The notes beneath the pieces are model-generated. The model had not been told where the DNA came from and made no database searches. It worked only from the letters and a program-made list of their open reading frames with translations. 64,000 nucleotides of DNA from Octopus sinensis (taxonomy: Eukaryota). A program made the position numbers and the translations under genes. The stretch is taken from NCBI RefSeq assembly GCF_006345805.1, contig NC_043022.1:11098001-11162000 (forward strand), given 5' to 3'. Shown here piece by piece: positions 13,962 to 27,374 of the stretch. Numbering within the stretch: the first letter of the stretch is position 1; every line of letters starts with the position of its first letter.

Positions 13962-14261
13962 CATAGTTTCTTATTGACGTCTTTTCTTGTCTTTCCATTT
14001 CTCCTCTCTCTCTCTGTCACTCCTTTGAGAGAATGGCTGTACTTTTGTTATAGAATGGCTATAATATTGCAAATTCGCGCTATTTGATTTGATAGAATGC
14101 CGTCAGATGAATAAGTTAACGTTAGCTATGCTATCCAAAACGTGTTACTATATGCTCATTATATACTTTCTCTTTATTTTTGATATTCATGCGCAGATTA
14201 GCAGTGAGAAATCGGAATAACGATTTGTGAAATTTCATCTCCTCTCTCTCTCCCTCCCTCT

Positions 14262-14420
14262 ATACGGTGGGCTTCTGCAGTTTCTGTTCACTATAATCTA
14301 CGCACAAAGTATTTTCAAGTAGACGCAACTCTAGAGAATACTTACCCAAGGAAAAGCGCAATGGAATCGCATTCCTAACTATGTCGTTGCGAAGCGAAAT
14401 TTTAGGCTTCACAGCCATAT
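14262..14420 (-). mobile_element. Decayed SINE family A, 5' half
   Basis: GGGCTTCTGCAGTTTCTG...TACTTACCCAAGG...CACAGCCA aligns to the family A head in inverted orientation. Confidence 0.6.
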
Positions 14421-16009
14421 CTGTGTCTAATTTTCAAATTAGTACACTGCACTGGAGGAAAGTGTAAGTTCCTAGCAAAGGAACAACCTAAACTAGTTTA
14501 GTGAACTGCTGTAGCAGTCATGGATTTATAAACTTTCATGTGAAAAATGCAAATGCTGGCTTCTAACATAAACACAGTCACAAATTTGTCGATTAGACCG
14601 ACTCCAGTACTTGACTGGTACTTATGTTATCTACTCCACAAGGACTGTTGAGTCAATGATAACGCTACTGCATGGTTACTCGACTTCCTAAACTAACAGT
14701 CAAATATTAAATAACACTCTACTGTCTTTAAAAGTATATACTAGATAAGTAGTGAAAGGGTATAAAGTTAGAAAAAAAACAGAATGGTCGAGGGTAGAAT
14801 ATTTGTGATAATAGGTCTTCTCGAACGGGGTTGATATGGGACTAAGCAAAACACTATATAATATGGGTCTAAGCAAAACACTATATAATGGTGCTACTTG
14901 CAAGGAAAAGTAAAAAAAAGAACAGTCAAATTCTCTCAAACCACATATACCATCTTACAAAGCAAAAGAAAAAAAAATAGGTAATGGATAAACAAAAAGA
15001 TGGCATCATAAGGGTTCCACTGGTGGTATGATAGTAAGAAGTTACTCTCATACGATATTTCTCTCGTATGTTTGCAACGGAGCTAAACGTACCCAATAAC
15101 ATGAATGTTTTGCTGATGAGCTTCCACAAAATTTCCGTCAACCAAATTTCACTCATAGGGTTTTGATTGCCTCAAGTCTTATAGTAAAAGGCACCTTCCA
15201 AAGAGACCACACTGTGCGAACCAACTCCAAGCTACATAATAAAATCACAATTTCATCTCTGATTTAAAGTAGGATAGAGAACCGTTTGTGTGTTAATGTC
15301 TAGCCATGTAGCGCTTGTATGACATACAGAACATTCACATTTACTCTCCGTTTGGCAGATAGAGTAGATAATATTGTTGATACCACTGAGAGAAGCTTTC
15401 AATGAACGCCAGTCAGTTTAGCTGAAGAAATGTATTTTATGTTTAACTGTCTGCTTTATTAAGATCAGCAGCAACTTAAATAGTAATGATAGCTCCAACA
15501 GCAACGGCCTGAAGGACAACAATAATCATTGGTATGGAAGAACAACAAGATTCACAGATATATGCAAAACAACAGACGATTGCTTGTTTACGTATTCACA
15601 GCTGCATAGTTACTGTATTAATTTACCATTTACGTAACTCAAACTCTTTGAGACACACACACACACAGAAGAGGAAAATATGCTAGATTTGCCTAATAGC
15701 TTTAGCATCGCATACACAGAGTGTAATGCCATAGCTATAACTGCAGATACAATTAACCTAGCTTCAACTGTTGCTGCTGATTAGAACTGGCAAGTCAACC
15801 TAATAGTTGTTAGAATTACGTGAAGGACAAATACCACATTTGATTGCAAAAAACTCAGTAGTGCAATCTTGAGAGTATGCATCTGAAATCGTAAGGCTAT
15901 ACACTAACTATGGTTGCTAATGTGTATACATCTACCTAATGTCAAGATAATGCTGCATCACTGATTTATTACACAGCCTTTCTAAAAAATACTACTAACG
16001 AAAGGTTTC

Positions 16010-16200
16010 CAATTTAGGCACAAGGCCAGCAATTTTTGAGGGAACGAGATTAGTGGATCTTAACGATCCCGATATTTGACTTCATCGACTCTAGAAAGAT
16101 AGCAGGCAAAGTTGAGTCTGATGGAATTTGAATTCAAAATATAAAGAATCGGAACAAATAACGCAAAGCATTTTGTCTCTCGCTCTAACGATACAGTCAA
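16010..16200 (-). mobile_element. Decayed SINE family B
   Basis: GGCAAAGTTGAGTC..GGAATTTGAATTCAAAA..AAGCATTTTGTC motifs shared with other copies. Confidence 0.65.
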
Positions 16201-17077
16201 TCGACACCCCACGTGGTTGTGTGTAATTCTAAGCACTACAAACCTAAAGAATTACAGCAGCAGTAGTAAGAACAATATCTAGATGATGATGCATCAGTCT
16301 CAATACTACGTCAGACTGCACCTCAAGCACACACGAAAAAAATAGTGCTTACTTTGCTATTCTAAGCAATGCAGTTGCAAAGCAATGCATCAGGACAGCT
16401 TTTAACAAATGCTGAATGCATGCCTAAACTACGTTTGCCCAGAGTAACTGAAGTATTCACAGATGTTTTCAGCAACAATATCTAATAAGGTTGGATGGAT
16501 GGATGGGTAGATAGACTTAGGCGAGGATATCGAATAAATAAACAGAAATGCTGGGGTTATGGAAATATAGCCCCAAATGTGGATCGCAAACGTCCAGTTT
16601 CATACAAAACTCTCTGACAATGACTGAGGGATGAAAATTCTTAAACCCCTGATTGCTGAAGCAACACTGAAAGGCTAAAATAACATTCTGAAAGTTGCAA
16701 AATGCGAAAAAAATTAATTTGACACGTATTTTCTCAAAAGCAAATTTACTTATTTTCTTCTTTAATTGTATAGAAAACTGTCGTTCTCAGTTCTAGCAAT
16801 TACAAACACTATACTCTTATGGAAAGAAGACAAAATTCAAAGCTTGGAGGAGTTCTAAAGTTTCCTTACGTTTGAAAAACGTATCTGGTATTCAAGCAGG
16901 TATAATAATTTATGGTTGAAGCAGAATATATAGATATTTAAGTAATCAAATGAAACACACATTTAATTTTTTTAATCAAACACACCTCACCTTATCTTGA
17001 AATAAGCTTAAAAATGTCTTAATTTTTTCCCCTTTTTTATTGATACTTCTTGTAACTTATTTCTTATGCGCTTGCAA

Positions 17078-17143
<66 letters not shown>

Positions 17144-19199
17144 TGTATATATTGATGAACGCTTGTGCTTATAAGTGGAACAAAATATTAAACGCATAGA
17201 ATATACTGTTTATACTTTATTCGAAGTTGAAGGTTTGGGAACTGTAACTTTCACGTTGCCGATATCCGAACGATTAAATTAGAGAAGCAGTGGAATAATA
17301 TATAAGCGCCACGTCAATATTCGATTAGTGAAAAAACAAAGAACTACAGTTTTAAAGCTGTTTTACTGTGGACCTTCCAACAGATGTAAATACATTTCGT
17401 TATTCTCTTTGTTGGAGAATAAAAGATACTGTCCTCACCTGTTTCACGGTTCCTTGACTATTCACCAGAGAACAAATACCCACTCATTCTTCTACCCACG
17501 ATGAAAAGTTAAAGCTATCGCTACATGAATCAAATACAAAGAAAATAGTCCGCGTACAAAACACACACATACAAGCACACGCATATTTTAGAGAGAGAGG
17601 GGGAGGGAGAGAGGGGAGACAGAGAGAGGGAGAGGGCGAGAGAGAGAGAGAGCTGATAAATAACTCTCCGGAAGAAATCTTGTCAAAGTTTACGAAAATG
17701 ATAACAATATGGTTATCCTTGGGAGCAGAGAAAACTAAGTGGGAAAGAAATGACAGGGGATGGTAATAATCAAGAAAAGTAGCACAATCCATCCATCCAC
17801 ACATGCACGCATGTCTGTGTGTGTACGTATGTACATAGAAACACACATGCAGACATATATACATTTATACATGTGTACATATGCATATATACACATATGT
17901 GTAAAAAGTTGAAATTTAAAAAAGCAAAGCGCGAAAAGAAAGAAAAACAAATGCGAAAACTAGTATAAGCATTGTAGGGAGTTAACTGGCCTCATTTGAG
18001 TTAGCAGACAGTCAGTGTCCCAGCATCACTCACTGACTAAAATAAATAATAAATTACAGAAAGGGAAAAAGAAAAGAAAGGAAGAAAATAACTCATAACG
18101 CTTGTACAACGGGAAATTAGATTAACCATTGTGTGTGTCAGTGCTTAATACACATATACACATACGCATAAACACACTGCGTGCGTATATATTATGTGTG
18201 CGTATGCGTGAGCGCGCGTACGCACATATATATACGAGCAAACACGAAAATATATGTACATACATGTAATCCTATGTTTATACGATTTTTTTCTTTCTCT
18301 TTTCTGTTTTTTTTTTTTACAGTGAATCTAAACCAGGTGTGGTGGCGGTCTATGGGAAAAAGAGAGTACTGCAATTTACAGATAACGTGGGCAGCTGAAA
18401 TAGGAGGGTTGATAGGTGGTGTTGACACAAAGAATAAATAGAAAAGTGACTGCCTTGCTAGAGATTGTGGAGGTACGAGAGTGGGTGGTTGTCGTGTCAA
18501 ACAACGTAGCGAGGAGCCTGCACTAACAGAGATTGTTGTTAGAAGACATGCCGATATGAAGGGAAATGGATATGAAGTGGGAAGTCCGAATGAAAAATTG
18601 ATGTCTATGTAATTAAGGTTTACACATATTCCACATCAAAACTCATGAGTTGAAACCTTAACTACTGCAGAGGTTTTTTAGGATCTTCTTAATCAAAGAG
18701 CTAAGGAGTCTGGAACAAAAAAAAATCAAGTGTAAGTATAACAAGCCCGATATTGTTGTTTGGGACATACAAGAAAAAGTATATACCGTCAGAGACGTCA
18801 ACTGACCTGCTAATGTGATTATGTTTTTAAAAATCAAAGAATAAAGATAACTATGGACAACTGCTTCGAAACCTCTTGCTTCTTTATCTTGTTTACAAAT
18901 TTACATTTACACCAATAATAATTGGAACACTTGGTTTTGTAAGTAAATGCCTAAGTCTCAGTCTAGATAAGCCTGGATTTTCAGAAAAATAAATCAGCCA
19001 ACTGCATCGCAAAGGACATTACAAATACTGCCAGTAAACGGAACAGTAAAACTATGCAAGACTTCCCTCACATTTAAAATGTGACATTGTTTTTGTTATC
19101 TACATTCCAAAAATGGAGCGTTGTATCTTTGTTGGAAACCAGCTCCTTCTTCAGAGGAAGAAGTTAAATGATTAAATACAGAAGACATACCCCATCACA

Positions 19200-19215
19200 C
19201 ACACACACACACATA

Positions 19216-19288
<73 letters not shown>

Positions 19289-19327
19289 ATTTCCAAGTAA
19301 GTTTATCTTATCTTATCTTATATATAT

Positions 19328-19370
<43 letters not shown>
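19200..19370. repeat. (CA)n/(TA)n microsatellite
   Basis: Direct inspection. Confidence 0.97.
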
Positions 19371-19372
<2 letters not shown>

Positions 19373-19489
19373 GAAAAGTACGAGCACAGAATCCTGGAAT
19401 ATTCTTATGTATTGAACCGGGAAATGTACAGAACAAGCAGTAATTAAGCCTAGAAAAATAAAGGCAAAAAAAAATCAAAATATTACTAC

Positions 19490-20720
19490 TGAAGTTAGAA
19501 TTTTAAAACTAAAGTAATAATAAACGCCCTTTCATATTTTTACTTAAATGTTTAAATTGAAATATTCAAAAAGTTATTAATTTTCAGTTTTAGTGAAAAG
19601 ATTAATTGCCTCTAAGTTTACAAATTAAAAATTTGATATTACAAATTTACATATTTTTAAAAATCACAAAATAGTTTAAGCAAAAATGACAATTATAACC
19701 CGTAATTTTTTAAAAATTGGAACTAAAGAATTGTTTCTACACTCTGCACTCAATTTTGTTCATTAGCTTTCATTTTTTTTAAATATCGATTCGAGTAAAG
19801 TCGAATTTGAGCATCTGCAAGGATTTATGGAAAGAGAGGAAAAAATTTTAATCATAAGAAGTTTTGCATAAGTGTGCATAATCGTAAACAATTTCTGAAA
19901 ATATCAAAAAGTAAAAAAAGTTATGATCCAAAGTCCATAATTAGGCCATGCGTATGCGAGAATATTTTTAACTTTTTGAATTTGCACTTCAAAGGATTTC
20001 AAAAATTATTTTGAAATTATAAACAGAAACAAATTTACAGATTCAAACTACCCAACTTTGATTTAAAAAAAAACAAGAGTGCATATTCTAGGATTTATGG
20101 AAGATGAGAGTAAAATACATTTTTTTTGCATAATCGTATGAATTCCCGTATGTAGAACACAAATTCCCATAAATTTTCCGAAAATTCCAAACAATAAAAA
20201 GTTATGAGCGGCTATACAGGGCTCCCAAACTTCAGCAGTAATATTTTAAGTTTTTCGTTCTTCTTGTACTATATTTTTCCAGACTTAATTGTTACTTGTT
20301 CTGTACTTCGGGTTCAATACTTAAGAATATTTTCATTCTTGTCCACTTTTTTTTTTCCAAGCAACGCTTCTATTATTATAATTAAAAGAAAAAAAATGAT
20401 ACTATCTGTTACAAGTAAATATGTTTTTAAACAATTTTTGTTATAAAATAATGTTATATTCTAATGAAATAATAATTAATTAGATTTTTTCATGAGTGAA
20501 ATTTTGGAATTTAATATATTTGTAATGTGTAAAACATTTTAATACATGAACAGAATAATAAAAATCAATACGTAATCACAAAACGTCATAACTTTTTTAT
20601 GCTTAATATATTTAGACGGGGTTTTCTCCAAAATATTCGTCTTGAACTTCATTTGAGTTCAAATTATATTTTTCTCTTAAAAAAGACAAAAATATTTTGA
20701 ATTCTTGAAATTATCACCTT
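19490..20720. repeat. Very AT-rich segment with internal imperfect direct repeats; probable non-autonomous DNA-transposon relic
   Basis: GGATTTATGGAA...GCATAATCGTA...AAAAGTTATGA occurs at about 19821-19925 and again at 20091-20207. No termini identified. Confidence 0.3.
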
Positions 20721-21467
20721 TTCTTTGTCACTTAAAGCTATTCATAAAAGAGGATATATAAAGACTATATATGTTTATTTGAAAGTATTTACCCTGATTT
20801 ATTTTCTATTTGTTATCTCGCTCACTCTGAAGTTTGATTCCTCTATTTCATTGACGTTTTTACTAAAGTCTGGCTCGATAAATATGTGTGCCTGTTATTT
20901 GCGCGCGCGCGCGTGTGGTTCAACGGTAAACTTGAAGCTGCTCAGGAAGAACATTAACAGATTTCACCAATTCCGAAGAGCCTATGAAGGTCATGAACGC
21001 AACCCCTTCCTCCACACTAAACCTTTAAAAACGTCTGATAAACTGGAGTAATGGGTTTGCATAACTTTAAAACGTATATTAGCAGGAAATTAGAATTATT
21101 AGAGAGAGTCACCAAGGATCAGGTCAGAGATCAGAGAATGTAATCAATTATAGACAGATTGATGTTTTATTAGAAGACAGACCAGCTTATTATATGCATC
21201 AGCTTTTTGAATGCGGGATCCAAATTAATTGGACTTCCGGTCTCTTATTCCACTGCCTTTCGACTCTTTATTTTCTCTCCGTACACCCTTCGCAACACAG
21301 TCAGCTAAGAGAGTATAGAATGCCATTTTCACACCTGTTTAGCCTCCATCCCACTGTTGCTTCGAGCTCATACATTTTATGCCTCCTTTTTTTCTTCCAA
21401 TTTACTACCGTTAAAACTCGAAATGGAGCAACGAAATTTTATGTCATATTTGCTAGGGAGTACTTCC

Positions 21468-21665
21468 GTGGTTATCTAACCTGTCAGAAATAGTAGCCAA
21501 ATCGCTCAAAAATCATATTCTGACACCTTAAATAAGGAAAGAAATACATTGGATAAATGTGGTCTTTGGTTTATCTATAAAATGAAGTGATGGTCACAGC
21601 AGCAATGATTTTGATCATATGTCTACTAAATCAGAGTTGACCGGGAGACAAAATCAAAAACAACA
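21468..21665 (+). mobile_element. SINE family C (..AGAAATAGCAGC head region; CATTGGATAAT core; (AAC)n-like tail)
   Basis: Collinear with 33650-33870 (+) and with the reverse complements at 29625-29880 and 30190-30380. Confidence 0.65.
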
Positions 21666-22820
21666 TGAATTTGGCCTTCATATCGACTAGCATGTGTTTC
21701 AGCTACAGAAACAAGGAAAAGAAGGGTCGGTCACTGTTACTGACACAACCTCCGGAGACAAAGCGTAGATGAAAGGTCATGAACTTGAACTCGCAGCAAG
21801 GTATTCGATACATTAGGGATTTAGTTATCTGCAACTCGCATATATCTCATAAAGCTCACTGTGGTAACACAATAACGTTTTAAGTGATAATACTCCAAGT
21901 ACCTTGAAAATAATGTCATTGTCGCTATTTTAAACATAAACTTTGAGCAAAGACACTCCAGTCGTAAGCATCCCACCTGTCTGTTTCAGGAACTACATTG
22001 TCCTATACTTTCTTTCTGTGTAAAGACCGTAGAATGTACTTTAAGGGATATTTCAATAGCATTTTTCGCAGGTTGAAAGATTTGAAGGCTTTTTCGTTGC
22101 TTTATGATTCGAGAAAGATGTGGCTACTTTCTCTGGCGAGCCGAGCAAGTACATAGACGTCTCCCAAAAGTTCGTACTTGAACGCGAATTCTTCAGTAAT
22201 TACATGACACAATCTTCTTTCCCTAACTATACCAAGAGGTGGAGTTCAACTTAAACATTTTATTAATTTTAGCATTGACCCTGTTCACAGCTGTTGAGGC
22301 ACGTATGAAGTACGTTATTTGAAAGCCCCAAAGCATCACGCCAGTGTCCATATCAAGTTAGCTGGAAACACTGCAGAGATTGGCATAATAGTGTCTCACC
22401 ACCTTCTCTTGCACATGCAGACACGCGCACATACATACACACGCATCATGAGCCTTTAATAAATTGCGAGTAAAGAACGACCCAACAAGGGAGCATTAAT
22501 ATAGTCACTGGACCAGCTAGATTAAAAATGGCAGATAAACCTATCTCATTCTCTCACGACTGTGCCACTTCGAAACCTTATACTCGTCTGGTGAAACTTC
22601 TCCCCTAGTTCCTTACTGAAATTTCCGAGATTCTCTGGAAATCTATGACTATAGAAGAAGGGTACTTTTTTACTCATGTCGCACCCATATGCTTGCCTAC
22701 AGGACTCTTCTAGTACAAAAAGAAGTAACCAGAAATTCCGATGCTTAACTTGGGTCTTTGCTTGCAACCTGCGAATAATAAACTATTTGTCATCATATCT
22801 GTACTAAATGCTAATTTCAG

Positions 22821-22876
22821 GTGGAAGTGTTCTGAAGGCTTCTTTCAAGATGGCAGAAAACATGGTTCTGAAACGG
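22821..22876 (+). CDS. Candidate 56-nt internal or first coding exon of an unidentified gene
   Basis: Branch-like CTAAT plus TTTCAG| acceptor and CGG|GTAAGT donor. Two open readings: GSVLKASFKMAENMVLKR (strong Kozak AAGATGG) or WKCSEGFFQDGRKHGSET. Confidence 0.5.
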
Positions 22877-23400
22877 GTAAGTACTAAGATACAATCATAA
22901 TTTATATCATTTGTGAGTGATACTGCTACAGACATGCCGCTATTGCTCTTACAATCGCTTGAATGTCATAAAATGGGTGCACCATACGAACGAAAATGGG
23001 TACAGAAGTATGTTTGGCGAGGATTCTCCACAAACTACCACGACCACTGAGTTAAAAGCATTCGACAAATATACATAAGCGTTCATCATATATACATATA
23101 CTTCTCCTGAATCTGTTTTACTGCAAATATCAGATCAGCAGTGCTTCTTTCACAAATAAAGTTAGATTGGCTTTTTGACTGGAGATTGTTAGTAATATGA
23201 TGGTGAATGAAGTGATTCAGGAGATTTTGCTGTTAAGATGTTGCCAGTAATTGCCAGAGGGAAATAATTTTATGACTGTCACATGATCGTCTGTCATCTT
23301 TGTTCTTTTAAAGGTGAACGCTTCAAGCATTCTTGAATAGGTGGGGAGTGATGCTGGCTAATGAGGCACCATTCCTCAAGTATTTTTTAAAACATTTCAC

Positions 23401-23431
<31 letters not shown>

Positions 23432-23904
23432 CTTAGATATATACACATAAAATATTCACACTCACACACAAACTGTTTCTTTCTCAAACTTGTAAGATAT
23501 ATTTTCTTAGAAATGTTTATTTAATATCAAAATCTGAGTCTTTAGGTTTCCTTTTCCCAAAATACATTTATATACATCTAGTTACCATCAGGAAGTAAAC
23601 TGGTATTCCTATGTGCATCGTATACGCGTGTGTATGCGAATCCACAATATCATTTAACATTTTTTATACTGATATCGACCGAGCTAAGAAGTTTAACATA
23701 TTTCGTCAGCGCAGAATACCTGACACATATCTGCACACATGCTTACTTATGGCTTTTACGCCATAATCTTGAAAATGATATGTCTAATAATACAGAACAT
23801 CTGAAAAGCAAAGGGATCTTCAATGAAAGCGCATATAAACAAAGATAAAAAGATTAAATAAAACGCATGGCTGTTCAGAGCTGTTATTAGTGTCCAGAAT
23901 TTTC

Positions 23905-23997
23905 ATACCGTTATATATATGTATATATACAAAAGTATTATATATATATACACAAAAGTATTATATATATATATACACACACAAAAGTATATATATA

Positions 23998-24049
<52 letters not shown>

Positions 24050-24055
24050 AAAGTA

Positions 24056-24111
<56 letters not shown>

Positions 24112-24603
24112 CACACAAAAGTATTATATATATTACTCTTTACTCTTTTACTCTTTTACTTGTTTCAGTCATTTGACTGCGGCCATGCTGGAGCACCGCC
24201 TTTAGTCGCGCAACTCGACCCGGGACTTATTCTTTTTTTTTGTAAGCCCAGTACTTATTCTATCGGTCTCTTTTGCCGAACCGCTAAGTGATGGGGACGT
24301 AAACACACCAGCATCGGTTGTCAAGCAATGCTAGGGGAACAAACACAGACACACAAACACACACACACATATATATATATATACATATATACGACAGGCT
24401 TCTTTCAGTTTCCGCCTACCAAATCCACTCACAAGGCATTGGTCGGTCCGGGGCTATAGCAGAAGACACTTGCCCAAGATGCCACGCAGTGGGACTGAAC
24501 CCGGAACCATGTGATTGGTTAGCAAGCTACTTACCACAGCCACTCCTGTGTATATATATATATACACACAAAAGTATTATATATATATATATATACACAA
24601 AAG

Positions 24604-24644
<41 letters not shown>

Positions 24645-24648
24645 TAAG

Positions 24649-24679
<31 letters not shown>

Positions 24680-25081
24680 AAAGTATTATATATATATATA
24701 TACAAATATATATATATATAGATATATATATATATATATATATACAAAAGTATTATATTATATATATACAAAAGTATTATATATATATATATATATACAA
24801 AAGTATTATATATATATATACAAAAGTATTATATATATATATATATATACAAAAGTATTATATATATATAACAAAAGTATTATATATATATATATATAAC
24901 AAAAGTATTATATATATATATATATATATACACAAAAGTATATATATATATACAAAAGTATTATATATTATATACAAAAGTATATATATATATATATACA
25001 AAAGTATTATATATAATATACAAAAGTATTATATATATACAAAAGTATTATATATATATATACATATACACACACACAAAA

Positions 25082-25120
<39 letters not shown>

Positions 25121-25160
25121 GAAAGTGTTATATATATATATGTATATATATATATACACA
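23905..25160. repeat. Minisatellite: (CA)CAAAAGTAT spacer alternating with variable (TA)n
   Basis: More than 20 ACAAAAGTAT units visible; the array is interrupted by a SINE at 24133-24550. Confidence 0.95.
24133..24550 (-). mobile_element. Full-length tRNA-derived SINE family A (resembles octopus OR1/OR2 CORE-SINEs)
   Basis: Head AGGAGTGGCTGTGGTAAG...GGGTTCAGTCCC, CORE-like CTTGGGCAAG, internal (TA)/(TG) tract, 3' GGCGGTGCTCCAGCATGGCC stem-loop and (GAGTAAAA)n tail. The family name is from memory. Confidence 0.9.
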
Positions 25161-25633
25161 CAAAAGTATTTTCTCTTTCTCACGCGATCGTCTTTCTTTT
25201 CTTTCAGGACCGTCTTAAGGACAGCACGTATCCTATATCTGTCTTCTATCTTTTCTCTTCTCAAAGAAAATATTTCTCTATCGTTCGCTTTTTTTCCCCT
25301 CATTCTGGTCTACGGCCTTCCATGTTTGATTTCGTTCGGTTTCCTTCGGTTTCCTTGTGTGTCTCCACTGTCCTCTTTTTGTTCCCAACTTTGACACTCC
25401 ATAAATCCCTAATTTTATTTTGGTACTTATGGGAGCAACTGTCTTCGGAGACTCATATTGTCATTCAATGCTCGTAATGGAGAGTAGATAGACAGCTGAT
25501 AACTGATGAAGGGTCGTTCTTTATGTTATTTGTCCTGTTTTTCATTTCTTTCCAGTGTTGTTTGTATATTGAACTCATTTGCTTTCGTATTTCATGTTGT
25601 TTACTGTTGGTAACGTCCTGTACCCATATATGC

Positions 25634-25640
<7 letters not shown>
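25160..25640. mobile_element. Interspersed repeat fragment bounded by (TA)n, possibly a Penelope-like terminus
   Basis: Non-repetitive block flanked on both sides by TA tracts; contains CTGATGAAGGG (25503) but no downstream GAAA. Confidence 0.3.
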
Positions 25641-25701
<61 letters not shown>

Positions 25702-25956
25702 TATATAGATATCAGTATTATATATCCATTACGGCTGATCTTACCAAACCTTTTCGCATTAAGGTTTACACAGAATGTCAGGTAACAGTCCGATTACGTA
25801 ACCCAGTGCTCTTCAGAGGTAGCCGCTTTGGAATGAAATATAGCGACTGCTCTATAGAGAGCTGGCGCCATATTAATATACCTACTCTACTGACAGATAT
25901 ACGAGTGCATTTTTTCCTAACTTCTGGACTCTTAGACGCTTTTACACACACACACA

Positions 25957-26000
<44 letters not shown>

Positions 26001-27338
26001 AAGCAAGCGTCCTCATGATTGTCCTAAAAAGTGTAAAAGCAACACAAAACGATAGGATTTCATTAGTGGTTAAATGAATTCTATATTGTGAAATATTTTT
26101 ACTTTGTTCTCCCGAATGAAAGTATCGCTTAACCAACAGGTCGAGTTCACTTTAATAGTAAGGGTTGACTCTCTCCATATTAGTAGTCCAACCACAACAA
26201 ATAAAAATTTCATTTTCCCCACGTCCTGTACTTACACCCACCCACATATATACACGACCACACTGGCCTTTCAAACTCCCATCTGTATTTTTTGTCTTTC
26301 CTCTACCATCTCGCCTTACCACATCTTCATCTCAAAACCACATACGCAAAAAAAAAAAAAAAATGGAGTGGGCAGTTGCCACTTGAATGTTGACATGCAG
26401 GACAATGGCTAAATGAGACCAATCTAGAGGGCTTAAAAATCAGCCTCCGGTGAGCATCACCGTTTTTCTTGTGATTGCTTTTTTCATTTCATTTTTACAG
26501 TGTTTATTCCATCCATGAATTCTATTCTGGTCTTTTTACAGTTCATCCCCATCAACCGGATACGGTGATTTCAGGCCTCCAGCTATAAATAGCATAATCT
26601 ATACTTTTCCATCCATCCGTGTCCCATAATTTTTACTTTATCTTCTCCCACTTAAAGGTTCTTTAACATGGCTTTTACAAAACTAAATTTGTAATATTAT
26701 GAGTGCGTGCATACGCGTACGCAAACATACTGACATTCACATATGCATGCATACATACTGAGTGTTTAAAACTTTATCATTGAATTCGAAATCTTCTAGG
26801 CTTTTACATGATAAACACCTGGCTTTGCGTAGATATTAAGCAGGAAGGCTTCAAACGGGAATAAATTCAAATATTCTTAGTTTACCCCCATCTCACTTTT
26901 AAAACTGCTTTGTGAAAAGTATTACTACTACTACTACTACTTTTTCATCTTGAGCCAGTCGTGACTATTTAGAAAAACAACAGTCAAATAGAGTAAACAG
27001 AAAACTGTGCGCACGCACATACACACACACACACACATTAAAACTGTCTAGATAACTTGTGTTATCGGCTCCTGAAAGCTATTTGTAACCAGAATGCTAA
27101 CTGCACATTCTTTCGATAGAGGTCGCCTGCGAATAGTGCTCTTGTATGAGACTATTATATGAAATTCCTGAGATAGACCAAACCTTTAGCAATAACCTTT
27201 AAAGAGTTACTGGATCTCTCGTAATGGTTGTAATTTTTTTAGCTTTACGAAGAATGGGTGGAGATTTGAATCTGGCCTTTTTTCATTAAAAACTATGCAA
27301 AAGGGCACATAAATTGGAAAAAAAAAATTTTAGCACTG

Positions 27339-27339
<1 letters not shown>

Positions 27340-27374
<35 letters not shown>

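Noticed and set aside
14838-14892. Short tandem duplication of CTAAGCAAAACACTATATAAT
   Set aside because: An ordinary local duplication with no further structure.
15360-15620. Two exon-like segments with AG/GT borders
   Set aside because: The first has stops in all frames; the second is degenerate (AAC/AGC)n sequence.
18321-18610. Strong acceptor followed by a purine-rich frame of about 95 codons with one stop
   Set aside because: Only weak donors, an internal stop and no recognisable homology; kept as uncertain rather than called.
19128-19160. Minus-strand CUGAAGA-A-GGAG(CUGGU)UUCC, hammerhead-like first half
   Set aside because: Followed by AACA instead of GAAA and no stem I partner; at best a dead remnant.
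23905-25160. CRISPR-like repeat-spacer appearance
   Set aside because: The repeat is only 9-10 bp, the spacers are just TA runs, the context is eukaryotic and there are no cas genes.
25503-25513. CTGATGAAGGG, the start of a PLE-type hammerhead
   Set aside because: No closing stem II or GAAA downstream.
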